Translations under genes and position numbers: made by a program
Notes under the pieces: model-generated
Told to the model about the DNA's origin: nothing
Seen by the model: the letters and a program-made list of their open reading frames with translations, nothing else
The model's database searches: none
NCBI GenBank assembly: GCA_003344405.1
Contig: NOWV01000223.1
Span: 62,001 to 110,876, forward strand
DNA: 48,876 bases
Origin: Trichoplax sp. H2
Taxonomy: Eukaryota
Reading direction: 5' to 3'
Part shown: piece by piece, positions 24,350 to 37,019 of the stretch
How the letters are laid out: each line of letters starts with the position of its first letter
How positions within the stretch are numbered: position 1 is the stretch's first letter

Positions 24350-26645
24350 TATTATAATCTTCAAATAATGATGTGTCATATTCTTACCATACTATGGAAT
24401 GGTAACCGTTTTTAGCAATTTATCTTTGCTAATGTTACGATCAAACAAACTCTTACTCTTTGTCAATATTTGATGTATATTATGAATAGAATTTAGCTAA
24501 GAAAGTAAAATTTTTATGTTAGGACCATATGTATAGTTTCTGTTTGAAAAATGGAGTTGCTTTGCGTAGTAAATTTCTGTAATATTAAAAGTTGCAGCTA
24601 TTATCAACTGTACGACTTCAACAAACATTTTTGTAGTTTAGAGTACAAAAATTATCGAAACCATATTGTAAGCGGCAAAGTTCCGGTATAATTGAGAGTA
24701 ATAAAGTATTAATCTTAGAAATTTAGGAAACACCATCATGTGGTAATTGCTTTCGGCAAAATGTCATCGCTCCTTAAAAGCAAATGATTATCATCATCGT
24801 TTTGCCAACTTTATTATTGTACATCGCTGTAATAAATCTTGCTCATTTAGAGTATTTTTGGATCGGTTTTTCAATCATATATATTCAGCAATTCTGTAGG
24901 AAATCGATGCTATATAATTGGTATTCTTGCATGAATAGCGTGCATATACGCATTGAGTTATCGACAATTATCAAGACAAAACTTGTGCAATAGAATGAAT
25001 TATAACGAAACTTAAACATAATCACTCTGTTTCTATTAAACCTTATCCAAAGATTTACTTTTCGCTAGAACTATTTTTTCAGCTACTTTCCTCATTAAAA
25101 TGGCACAAAAAATTTATACACTTTAGTGGAAAAGTCTTTAACGACTTTAAGACTTACGATCGTGATATTAACGCATAGCGAATTCTACAGCGATGTTATA
25201 AACGTATAAACGATAAATATAGGTAACTGCAGTTAAAAGAGTTAATAGAATTTCCATTTTCTTCGAGAGGGTTGTTATAATTTAGTTATACTGAAATACT
25301 AGACTGTACGTTGCACAATCGATCGCAATTCCCATATTAGAATCAGTACATACGCCATCTAGTCCTATTAGTCACCTACTGTACTACTACAATTATCTGA
25401 GATCATTGCATTCTGTTATTCCTCCTCTGAACGATCCCTAAAGTTTTTTTCAGATCTTACTTTTACCAGCTTATTTTTATCATTATTTAACGTACTGCTA
25501 CTCTAGAAGGTCTGTCACTATTAAATTAGCTTATGGTGCATATCTAAACGACATAACCTTAATTACGATACCATTTTACTAGATAAAATACTTGTCATAA
25601 ATAATACTATACATTAAAGATTGATGTAACTCATTATTAATTCTATTTTATTGCCTCATAATGTAGGCAGCCATAGATGGTGGTGCACAACTTTCATTTT
25701 ATCATGCATGCAGCATGTTCAATCGCTACTAACGATAGTATTTCATTCAATCTAACCCGAAATTGCAACAAAGTTTAAATAAATTTGATTACAAATGATT
25801 ACCAATGCTTTATTTATATTCATACAATTGATATGAAATATAGCTGCCAATTATATCCATAGACAAAATACTTGCATTGGTTTCTAAAGTAAAATGACTA
25901 TTTAATATCTTTATAGATCATCTCTCTACAATATTAGATATTAATACAGCTGCACAGAAGCTAGCTAGAATGTCATGAGGTTAAAAAAATAATTAAAACA
26001 TTTTAGTACTAATCTAGAAATTCTAAATCACAGCAGCATACCTGGTACACTACATTAAGAATTAGATCAGAGTAGTCCTGTAAAAAATTTATAAATAATC
26101 GATGTTCTATTTAAAACGAATCATTTAATCATCTATAAACGTTAGTAACGATGGGCCATTATTTGTTTAACAAAATACAACGTTACGGATGACAAATCAG
26201 ATACTTATCCATCTAAACTGCGTCATTTCATTTTTATACAATCGCAAGAGCAATCAGCCTGTTAATTATTTGAAGTTTTAGCCTTACAAGAATTTAAATG
26301 GATCACATCAGCGACATAACATTAGTTTTCGCAAATGCAGTATTTCAATAAGTTAAAGACATTAGCATTTAAGATAATTTCACTAAGTTGATCATATGAA
26401 TCATGTGAGCCAATGACGTATCAAAAAATTAATTGAAAACTTGATGAGAAATTTATTCTCATTATATAAAAAGTATAAGCGGCAAGTAGTATTATAAAAT
26501 AACCGACAGACTTTCTTTATATGCAGTAACAAATCCTCGGTAATGTTTAGGATTTGTACCCTAAATGAAGTCATTCTATCATAGAGTTTGTATTTCTAAA
26601 AATCTCAGCGATTGCAATATTTCACAACTCTACTAAAATATACAA

Positions 26646-29600
26646 TCAAATGTCAGTAGATTCACCAAACACGCTATCTCTGGGATCAGTTAACTGAGTA
26701 GCTTTTAAAATGCAATCGAACCATCTAAATGTAACAAAAGCGAAGTAATACAGTCTTTTACTTAGAGTATTCCATGCTAGCAAATTAATATATTTGCATA
26801 CCAATTTTTATGTATGAAATATTGTATATCACTTACTCATTGAATTTATCTGCTGGTGGTCGAATGAACATCAGTTGATTAGCATTATGGTTAGGCGATA
26901 CAGGTGCATCAGCGCTGGACTGATTGAAGTGGCTTAATTCAATGATATTATCCGTAGAAGTACTGTCATCTTCCTAAAATTATTTTCCGAAACAAATGAG
27001 ATATTTTTATTCAAGTTACTAACTAATAATCTAAATAATCTTTATGTGCGTATGTACAATATTTGATAATGTAAATGTTAGACAATTTGCAACAAATTCT
27101 TAACCTTTGCTATAGTTTTCTTCGAAATTGTCCAACCTACTAAGACAACTTCTTTTGCTGCTTTTTTATCCTAATTTAATAAATATTGTATATTTAAGTA
27201 TACACCCAGTTGCAACAAAATAACCTCATCTTCATATATGTTATCTTGCAACAGATAAATTTTCTCAATGAAGCCGCTAAACTAATTTAGTTTTTTTTTA
27301 ATTGGAAATATCTACGGTGTGTTTAGTTTTATGTTATCTCGTATTAAGCATCAAACCAACAATGCTACACAATTAACGGCGTTATGTACTACGAATGGAA
27401 GTGACTTTACTAATATCAAAATCAAATTTAATTATTTTGTTAATAAATCACAAATATGCTAAGTCTCAAAATTTAATGACCATTAATAAATTATCCGCAA
27501 ACGTATAGTACCATAGTTACTTATCAAGCATCAGATTACCAAAATACTACAAGGCAGCTGAGGATAATCATTCATTAATTATAATTTTCAGCGAAATTAT
27601 AGCTATTGTAGCATTACTGAAGAAATCTATTTAGAAACGTATAGATTGGCCTACAACTTGTATAGCAAGAAGATTATACTCTGCAAAGGATTAACATAGA
27701 ATATTTCTATTTCGTAAATAGTGATCATACCTCGACAGCATCATAAATGTATAGAACATTTTCATTTCCTCGAACAATGCAGAATTTTCTCTTCCAATTT
27801 TTAAAGTCTCCTTTATTAGAGACATCTACAGGATCCTTTAGAGAATAGGCATTACCAGTCTCCTAAAAGTTATCATGATATATTTATATTTGATCAGGCA
27901 AAAATTTTCGAAAATTAATATACATGTTGCCCGTTTTAGCCTGTTTTAACCGCAATTATTACTATTTATTGTACGTAATCTACTCATAATCATGTAAAAA
28001 GCTACTAAATAATACCATTTATAGCATAGAAATGCTACCTCTTTCAGGAAAGAACAACGATCCTTTCTACGACGAATCTTTGTTCCAGTTTTCGAACTAT
28101 GCTTACGAAATCTTGTCACTACTTCGTCTCGCCTTTCATATTGGTACTCCAGAATTGGATAATGATCTGTAGGACGGTTGTTTATTCTTTCCGTGAGACC
28201 GGACAATAAAATTTCGTAGCATGCGTCGCATACGCGATCAGCTTTATAGTCTTTGTATTCCAGTGGGGCCTTATTATTAGAACATTCACCACATACAACC
28301 TAAAGAAGAAAAGATATAAAGTAAGCAAATTGAATTAACGGCTTCATTCCCAGGATTTATTTATGATCTACTCTGATTATAATTAATCGCACCTTGCCAC
28401 ATCCCCTACAATGATGTCTTCTAAAAAATGTCGTAAACATCTTATCGCATATTTGGCATCTAGTAACGTGGTCATCGGCTATCATTAATGGAGCTTGTTT
28501 TCCGATAATAAAGGTCTATTTTCAAAAGCGAAAGCTAACTTAATTCTGATGTATAATTGACTTCTTTAATTCTATTACCTATCTATATTAGTTTAATCAT
28601 TGTATAGTAACTTAGTGTTGTGACTGTAGAATAATAGCTATGTTTAGTATGATATGCGGTAGTGTCTTTTCTATATTTATCTCATGATATATTTAGTAGC
28701 CCATAATTATGAACTGTAAGGATAGATTCTATACTAGAGTACAGATGATTATATACAGTAAGATGTTGAGCTCCTATTAAGATAAGAGGAAGAAATAGAA
28801 TTGTGCAGTAAATCATATGTTAGGATATACTTAGTTCATTGTACTTTGAGTGGTAGGAATAATGTCTGCGAAAATACTGTAACCATTTCTATATTGAATT
28901 AACGATGGTTCGCCGTAAAATATTGTTATTAATAAGCTGAATATGTGTAAAATATAGTAGCATGCTGCTATACTGATTGTATCTGTGAAGGCTACGGAGA
29001 GTATAAAACCAGGAGACATTAGATTATCTGATTGTTCTTTCTAGAAGTCTTTTAGTAGTTGTATTCGGCTAGAGTAGAGCTGTGTGTAGCTAGTCTTTGT
29101 ATTAGATCTGATGAAGTTCTAATTTTCTACAACTTTGGAATTTTCGTGACCGGATTTTATCACAATCATTATTCATATACTAGAGTCCAAGCCAATAGTA
29201 AGTGATAAAATAACATTCTAACGACCCATCTATGACATTATGCGTAATCTAATGGACAACTGATCGAGATTGTTTTCGCAATCTGGTGATTAAAATAGCT
29301 GCGTAAACCAGAATTGAAGATATACTAGTCTATTTTATAACAGCAACGATAACAATCAAAGAATACAGTATTGTAGTTACTAGTCAGAAAAAATTAAAAT
29401 TTAGATACTAATAGAAGAACATCAGAAGAACTATAAAAATTACTGGTGCCAAACCTTAGGCATGGCCACGTTTTCTCCAAATGTTGCTAGTCGATTACGT
29501 TCTTCCTCTGCAGCTGTCTGTAATTCCTAAATTGGAATAAATTTTACTTGCTTAACGATACGAATATCGAAATAACTGTACATGTAAATTAGACTTACTT

Positions 29601-32600
29601 TAACCCATTCATCGCGCTCTTCGATTGATCTAAAATTATTACGGTGTAACTAAAAGATAAGTAACATGGTAGCAACATAGGTATACCTACTGTAAAATGT
29701 AGGTAATTTTCTGGTACGATTATCTTAAACTTAAATGTTATTCAAGTCTACAATGCACTTACTTTGCTTTAAGAATAAATTGTCTCTTTTTATGGTTAAT
29801 TTGAAATGCAAATGATTCACCATATAAATTTTGATCAGTTGGTATGGTGATCTGAAGGGTAAAAATCGTCTATTTAAGCTATTTGATCCAAAAAGTCGTA
29901 AGTGGCAGAAAACTTACAAGTTAAAAAGTATCTACCAATCTTAGTTACAAGTAGAACTATCAGTTACTTTGATACTGATATAAAATCACTGATATAGCAC
30001 TTTTAAAGCAAAAGAACTGTATGATAGAGTATCAAGTCTATCAGGCAGACTCTGTAAGTGTACAACACAGCCATAAAATAAGTTAGCTAAAAAATACGCC
30101 AAATTTTTTGAGTAGTACAACTAAATATATTACAATGGATGTCACATAGTACAATATTTCTCTTAAAGAAATAAAATTATTAAATACAACTAACATAAAA
30201 TAAAAAGTATTTAAGTAGTGCTACGGAAAGCGCTGAAATAGATGAAGCCAGAAATTGAATTTTGTAGATTTTTATATAATACTAACTTGCATATTTTTTA
30301 AATCAAATTCGTCTTTATACCGAAATGAATGGGTTACAGCTTCTGGCTCAGTATAGAGCAAGATGTCACTAAACTAAATAATGAAGCCATTGTATATTTT
30401 TATAAAAGCGATTTTAAATCGATGAATTTGCAATAGAAATTGTACGTTCTTACTTACTAGGAAAAACATTCTTATTTGAACAACCTTTCTGCAAACTTTT
30501 CCAAGTAGTCCTTCTTTAATATATATCTATCATACCCAATTATTTTAGAAAAGTTAAGGCTCTTTTACTACAATAGTTGTTAAAGATTAACACTATCTCA
30601 AAGAAGGAAAAGATTTTAAGTAACTTGGATGGTAACTTGACTACTCAACTTACTCTGTGTGGGACAACTAAATTATAGTCCTTTCTAATTCTTAATCGTT
30701 CCTGTACCCTGAGAATTTTTTTTAAATTATCCTAGCAATATAATTATATATTATTATCAACAATCAAATCTATTCTGGTGCACCAAGCACTTTATAAGAT
30801 ATAAATTAAGCCTAATTTTTGGCATTAATTGATATTAAACGCTGTTTCATATCATGATAAATTAAAAGATTAATTACTATGCCTCTTACCCCTATTTTCA
30901 TATTTTCATTAATTTTATTAGCAGCGTCAATTATCGACGCTAGCGCACCTGCATTAAGTTTCAAATCAGACTCATTAGACTTCCTCTGATAATTAATAAT
31001 TCATAATATACAACTACCGTGACATACATGATGCAAAACAAATTTCATATAGTGAACACTAATACTTACTTTGTGCATCTGGTAACTCTTCTGAATCCGC
31101 TGGTAAATTTTTTAAATAATCTATATACCAAAAATCGCAGTAAGAACAATTATAGCTATTTATATAAATAGTATCACAAGGTAACGCCAGTTCGATAGTA
31201 ATATATTATACTCCGTGTTTATAAGTAACGCCATCTGACGATCTGCTATAACGCGGTAAATAGCAGCATAAAAAACTATTTGTATAGGTAATGACCGTTA
31301 CCTTCCATCAATAGTCTATATCGAGGTATACGTTGGATAGGTTTCAGCATATAAGATGAAATGGTTAAATTCTTGCAACGTGATGTCTGCCATCGGAAAA
31401 TTATTGTAAGTTTGATGTTAGTTGCATTAAATGCATTGCGTAGCAATTCAATATACCTGGAAAACCTGCACAGCTGTAGCAAATTCTGGATGTATTTTCA
31501 TCGTTTCTTGCAGTAAAGTATTCGTTTTTTCGTAATCGGATACATAAGTTGTGTAAGTCTGAGATAGATAATATTGAAAATCATTCATTATGACAGCCTA
31601 AAACTGTATAATGGCCTTATTTGAGTACAATAGCTATCGTGCCTTGAAGAAAGGAGCAAAAGTTTTCATTATGTCAGAAATCCGAGGACATTCATCCCTA
31701 TAGGAAGAGAATAATTTCAAATACTAAATTCAGTGGAATGCGAAAAAGTAATTAGCTTCTTACATAGTATGATGTTTGTAGACATTAACTAAATCGATAT
31801 TACCAATTCGAAAGTCGTTCCTGAAGGTCTTTTAATAAACCTTCATTTAGGCCACAGATTTGATTTATAGAGGAGAACAAATCTGATTCTGAAACAAATT
31901 CTTTATCAAGGTTTATCTTTCTGATCACTTTTCTAAAATCCTATAAGAAAGATAGCACCAAATACGATATTTTATCGCATTAACATGATTCTGCATTACT
32001 TTGTTATCGAATACAATTAATGACTGTATAATTATCTTGTCTCTTCACCTCATCAATTAATTTAAGTCCTTTAACATATCTGAAATTCGACAAATATTAT
32101 GTTTTAATTATTTACCAGTAAATGTATCAAATTATACATCAATTATAAGTTAGTCAAATCCATAAAACATTGAGAATTATCAGTCGGTCTCGCTTACGCA
32201 TTTTCGGTTTGATAAAGCTCATCAGCGATTTTGTATATTTTAGGTCGATTGTATTGATGTTGCTGTGAATAAATGAGCAAAGTAGACTCGTTAAATCATG
32301 AACAAAATCAATTCCATATATTGATGATTTAAATACAAATCAGCAACAGTGGAATGTGATTATTTCTAACTAGAAGTTCCAAGCAGACTCACATCGTTCT
32401 CTTCGCGTGAACCACCGATCTCGTCATCCGATGATTCGTCTGTAATCGAATTAAGCGATTTTATTAACTGAAATTTATTATTACATGTTTTAATAAGAAT
32501 TCCAATCTTTTCTATCACTTTTAAGCAGGTACACAATGCAGTACTTGTATTGTGTAAATTTTAAAATCGCAATTGATAACATCTCCCTCCATTATTTTTC

Positions 32601-33465
32601 AAGTGCCATAATAAATATTTTTATCACTGCAGTATCATGTACCAAATTATTATTTAAAATCAGGTAATATTATTTGCAACATTTGAATTAATTACCTACT
32701 TCATCCTTCTATATATATGAGTAATTTTGAAAGTTTTACCTGATGCAGCACAGGAATTAGGAATACTAAAAGTCTCATCTAGTATAACAGCAGGGTAATT
32801 GCTATCGCCATTACCGTTAGATATCGTCGACTGCCGGGGATCTACATTCTCTTCAGAAATTGGTGATTTGCTGTAGCAATATAGCAAGCAATGTATGGTA
32901 CAGATAAAAGAAAGTAATCATGATTAATCTATCCATTTCTGGAAAGTGTATTATAAGTCCATGGTTGTAGATACGATAGGAAAACAGTGGCACTTCAAAT
33001 TCGTGACAGATAATAATATTATGAAATTGCCCGTATTCAATACCAAATAAAATGAATTTCTATTTGTACTTTGCAATTTGTGTATCCATATATTACAAGT
33101 GTGTATGAAGGTGGTCAACTACTATTTGTATTAAATTCAATTTAATACATATTACGATATTTTAGTTTACTAGAAACATCAGATTTATTGATGGTATTGC
33201 GTAGAGAAGCTCCAGATAGAAGTACAATTTGAAACTATCTGGTTTTTATATTTCAAGCACATATTAGCGGCAATGATTTCACCTGCTAACCACAATAGTC
33301 TCATATAGAATTACGTGATTTAATGAAAACTTACATTGATATATTTGATGAAACCATATTATCATCACCAGTAGGACTGTCTCCATTTTGGGGAGTAGCA
33401 CTTGCAGGACTAGATATAATTCTTCTGGAAAAGTTTCTTACTGAAGTGCTAAATTTAGATATCAT
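26646..33465 (-). CDS. FGD-family FYVE, RhoGEF and PH domain-containing protein (DH-PH-FYVE-PH), ~23 exons
   Basis: Start MISKFSTSVRNFSRR (33465); DH: KIADELYQTENAYVKGLKLI, WDECPRISDIMKTFAPFFKTY, SYMLKPIQRIPRYRLLMEDYLKNLP; PH1: IKEGLLGKVCRK..RMFFLFSDILLY..EERDEWVKEL; FYVE: CQIC...RRHHCRGCGKVVCGECS...DRVCDAC; PH2: WKRKFCIV...LYIYDAVED..EWFDCILKA; ends ESTDI then TGA at 26648-26646. Probable non-coding first exon with donor near 36123. Confidence 0.92.
28800..29170 (-). repeat. Dispersed repeat family C, copy 1 (in an FGD intron); inverted relative to 48503-48876
   Basis: Reverse complement shares cacacagctctactctagccgaatac..actact.aaagacttctagaa and caaagtacaatgaa with the window-end copy. 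Confidence 0.85.
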
Positions 33466-36416
33466 GTTCTAGTTGTACCTGCAAACGTAAGGGAAATACA
33501 AGAATTTGAAAGAATTATTGAATTGTTCATAGTAGTGATTCTGCGGCTTGTTTATCAATACATTTGTCAATTACATTCTAGGCGTGAACCATTAATGTAG
33601 GATATCATTATGATAAAAGTTTTCGTCTCCTTCATATTGTATTAAGTTTATCGGTAAATTATTTATTTGAAATCATAACCGACGTAGGTGTAGTGAATTG
33701 ATTATACTACATCTAGATCACGCAGAGAGCTAGATGTACGAATATTCCACTAGTGATTCTTAGTCAATAGCATTGCATAGTTTTACATTGTGACTTTCTT
33801 TCAGTATAGTCTATTAAACTACTGGTATTTAGAAAGCATCTATCACGATAATATAGTCTGTGGCTAAGCAATCAATTCAATTGGTAATCAAGCAATAGCA
33901 TAAGTTAATTTAATTTCTTTGCAATCCTATCCGTATTGCACACTGAAACAGCTATCTTTAAAGGTTATGATACGATAGCCGCTGCTGATCACTGAACTAG
34001 AGTCGTCAATATTACTGATGGCCTTTACTTGAAGATTCACCTTTGCATAGCGGAAGTGGTAGAAAAGACAGTTGCTACGCTATGAGATACGCAAATCGAA
34101 AATAGTGCTATCTGTATAATTACAGTGACGTAGTTAGAGAATAATGGTCATGGATCAGCAGTAAATCGCCCTGATTACATTGCTATCATAGAAGGCTTAG
34201 TCATTTCCTTTGAAAACTTTAATAAGTGCCTCCATTCCTTCTTTCTGAATTATTTTTTTCCACCTTGCCCATAAAATCGGTAATTCGACGCTAATAATAT
34301 GAGGAAACTTTGTTCTCATTTTAAATGCATTCGTTCTTGGGATAAGCAAGATGGAGGGTAGCAAAAATAAAATCAACAGGTAACATTATTCATTGCATCA
34401 AAGGTACGATAGAATAGCGGCAGTCGACTTTGATTTAAATAGCTAGTGGGCGGCTTTAATGAGTTAAGTCATTATTAAATCGAAGTAAGCTACAGTTTAG
34501 CAGCCGCAAAGAGCAACAACATTGCGTTCTTTAATTGACAAATAACAGTATGATTTTATATAAAGACATCAAATAAAATGATGAAGGATAACTGTTAATC
34601 CTAGTTTACTATAATGATACACGTAGGCTGATATGTAATCTGAGCATTAGCAATACAATTAATCTATAATTTAGGGGATATTTCATTTCGGCAATCTTAT
34701 TTCATAGGAAAAGAGTATCTCATTGTCAAGGCTTTAGTTATATATATTTAACTTCTAATATAGGATAATATGAATTTGAATTATTTCCATTTTGTATACA
34801 TACAAGTATATACAAATTATTATTGCTGTTGCGCCGTTGGCGATATAGTCTACAGTATAGGAATCGAAGTCCAGGTTGGGGTTTAAAAGCTTTTAATGAA
34901 CAGGGAAACCATTCTAATTGAGTGAAGTTAGGACGTTAATTTGAGAAGTTTATAAATGAAGATGCCACATTCATTAATGTACTCTTAAATGGTTACGATC
35001 ATCACTTTAAATCTATCTGTAATTGCAATTCATTGCTGGTTATATCGTAAATTACTTTTCAAACAAGAATTCTAATTTAATTTTGCTCTATCTCCTTCAT
35101 GATGACAAAATCACGACGTTTACATGAATTGAATTCACCCACTATGGCATTCTCATACCAATTTAAAGAACTGAAAAAAAGAAATAATCTTGATCAATTT
35201 CGTATCACTAAATCGTCATCCCAACTCTGTACCTTTACTTTTCCCTATTTGTCTAACCAATCGACATTAAGGTTAATTAATAATAGCTCGATCTGACAGA
35301 ATATTGTATATTCATGGAGTAGCGTAGGCGAATGATTAAAAATTCAAAAGGGGATTCAATGTACCCCCCCTCTCCCTAAAAGCGCCTAGTCAAAAAATCC
35401 ATTCAACTATTTTAACTACCGTAACGATACAAGTCGCCCTAGTGAGCAAAGGTGACGGTCGATTCTTCTCCAAAGCAGCATTTATTGGATTGGTCAAGGA
35501 ACGTAATAAATAAAAAAAAAATAATTAACATGATTTGCCATGATTGTATAAAAATCAAGTAACACCTGTTGATAATAGACTTGGTCGCCGCGTCTATACT
35601 ATAACATGAACAGGAAGAGAAATGATGATCATCTTATCTGATGGTTTATTACTACAATATCTAAGCCAAGCTCGTGTAGGCGTATATATTAGCGATGTTC
35701 CTTCTCTATTTCCACTCTCTTCTCATCGCTATCGTTATCACCTTTGGCTGTATTATGCGCAAAAGTGATCTTATTTTTAGATAACGATGGAGATAACTAC
35801 ATTTTATCAATCAAGTACTGTACCCAGCCTCCACCCATAAGTGTCATCAATCAGGCTATATCGATATTTAGAATCATCATTATCCTCTATTCTACAGTAT
35901 AATCACGGTTATTCCATGTTGGCCGTAGAAAATTTGCGTCAATTTCTATGTACCAATGATAAACTGAAAGCAGCGAGAAAAAAAAAAAAATTGTAATCGC
36001 TATTCCTTGGAAATGAAGCAACCGTTTACGCTAGACTGTACTGTACTGTACGTCCATGGAAATCAATATTGCAATACTAAACGTCGATTCGATTGCCATG
36101 ACGGCTCGCTAACGTCCACTTACCAGAAAGGCGAAGGTTGAACAGTTCGCAATTTTGATGTAGTCGTTGAAATCAAAGCTTTCCTCAAGACGTACAAATT
36201 ATTTTACTCTGCTGAATGATTTTCTACTTCAACGAATCCCAAACGGACAGTCTATACCAATAGCATCGCTGTATCTTTTCTCTCTTTCGATAGTCTTGTT
36301 CTGCAGGCGGCTAATTGCAACGACTAGTAATAATATACATTACATATATAGATTGTTATATGACAATATATTAATGAATGATTGATTCTAATTTACCACG
36401 ATCGTACATTACATAT

Positions 36417-36930
36417 CTTCATTTCACAATGACGTCAAAGTTCATTTGCATAATGTATACTCATTGTACAGTACACTGAGTACGTTACAATACTTTGCAC
36501 TCAGTGTCTGCTCTTTACTGTACTGTACTGTACACTGTACACTGTACTGTTCACATACAGTACAGTACAGTACGGTACAGTCAACTCATTCGCACATTTT
36601 AAGTTACAGTACCGTACAGTACTTCATTTTCACAATGACGTCAAAGTTCATTTGCATACTGTACCGTACAGTACAGTACAGTACAGTACAATACTTCGCA
36701 CTCAGTGTCTGGTCACTACTGTACACTGTACACTGTACACTTGTAAAATACTGTACAATACTTCGCACTCAGTACCTGGTCACTACTGTACACTGTACAC
36801 TGTACGGTACACTGACAATACAGTACAGTACAGTACAGTACTGTACAGTACTGTACTGTATACTGTACTACAGTACTGTACAGTACAGTATTTGGGAAAC
36901 TACACTACAGTACACTGTACTGTAGTGTAC
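36417..36930. promoter_or_regulatory. Putative bidirectional promoter between FGD (-) and ABITRAM (+), with duplicated CRE+octamer cassette and CAGTA/TACTG arrays
   Basis: TGACGTCA at 36430-36437 and 36636-36643; ATTTGCAT at 36444-36451 and 36650-36657; dense tacagtacag/ctgtactgta runs 36466-36925; ends ~90 bp before the ABITRAM ATG. Confidence 0.6.
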
Positions 36931-37019
36931 AACACGATGTATCGTAGCACGACTGCAGGCTTGCAAACTGAAAATAGTCAACGGACTGGCGTTGTCAATC
37001 GGGCGTCAAGGTGGCCAAG

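Noticed and set aside
24185..24379. Met-rich antisense ORF
   Set aside because: Reverse complement of CAT (His) codons.
29100..29160. Hammerhead ribozyme core CTGATGA in repeat C
   Set aside because: No properly placed GAAA after a stem II, and the motif is not conserved in the second copy.
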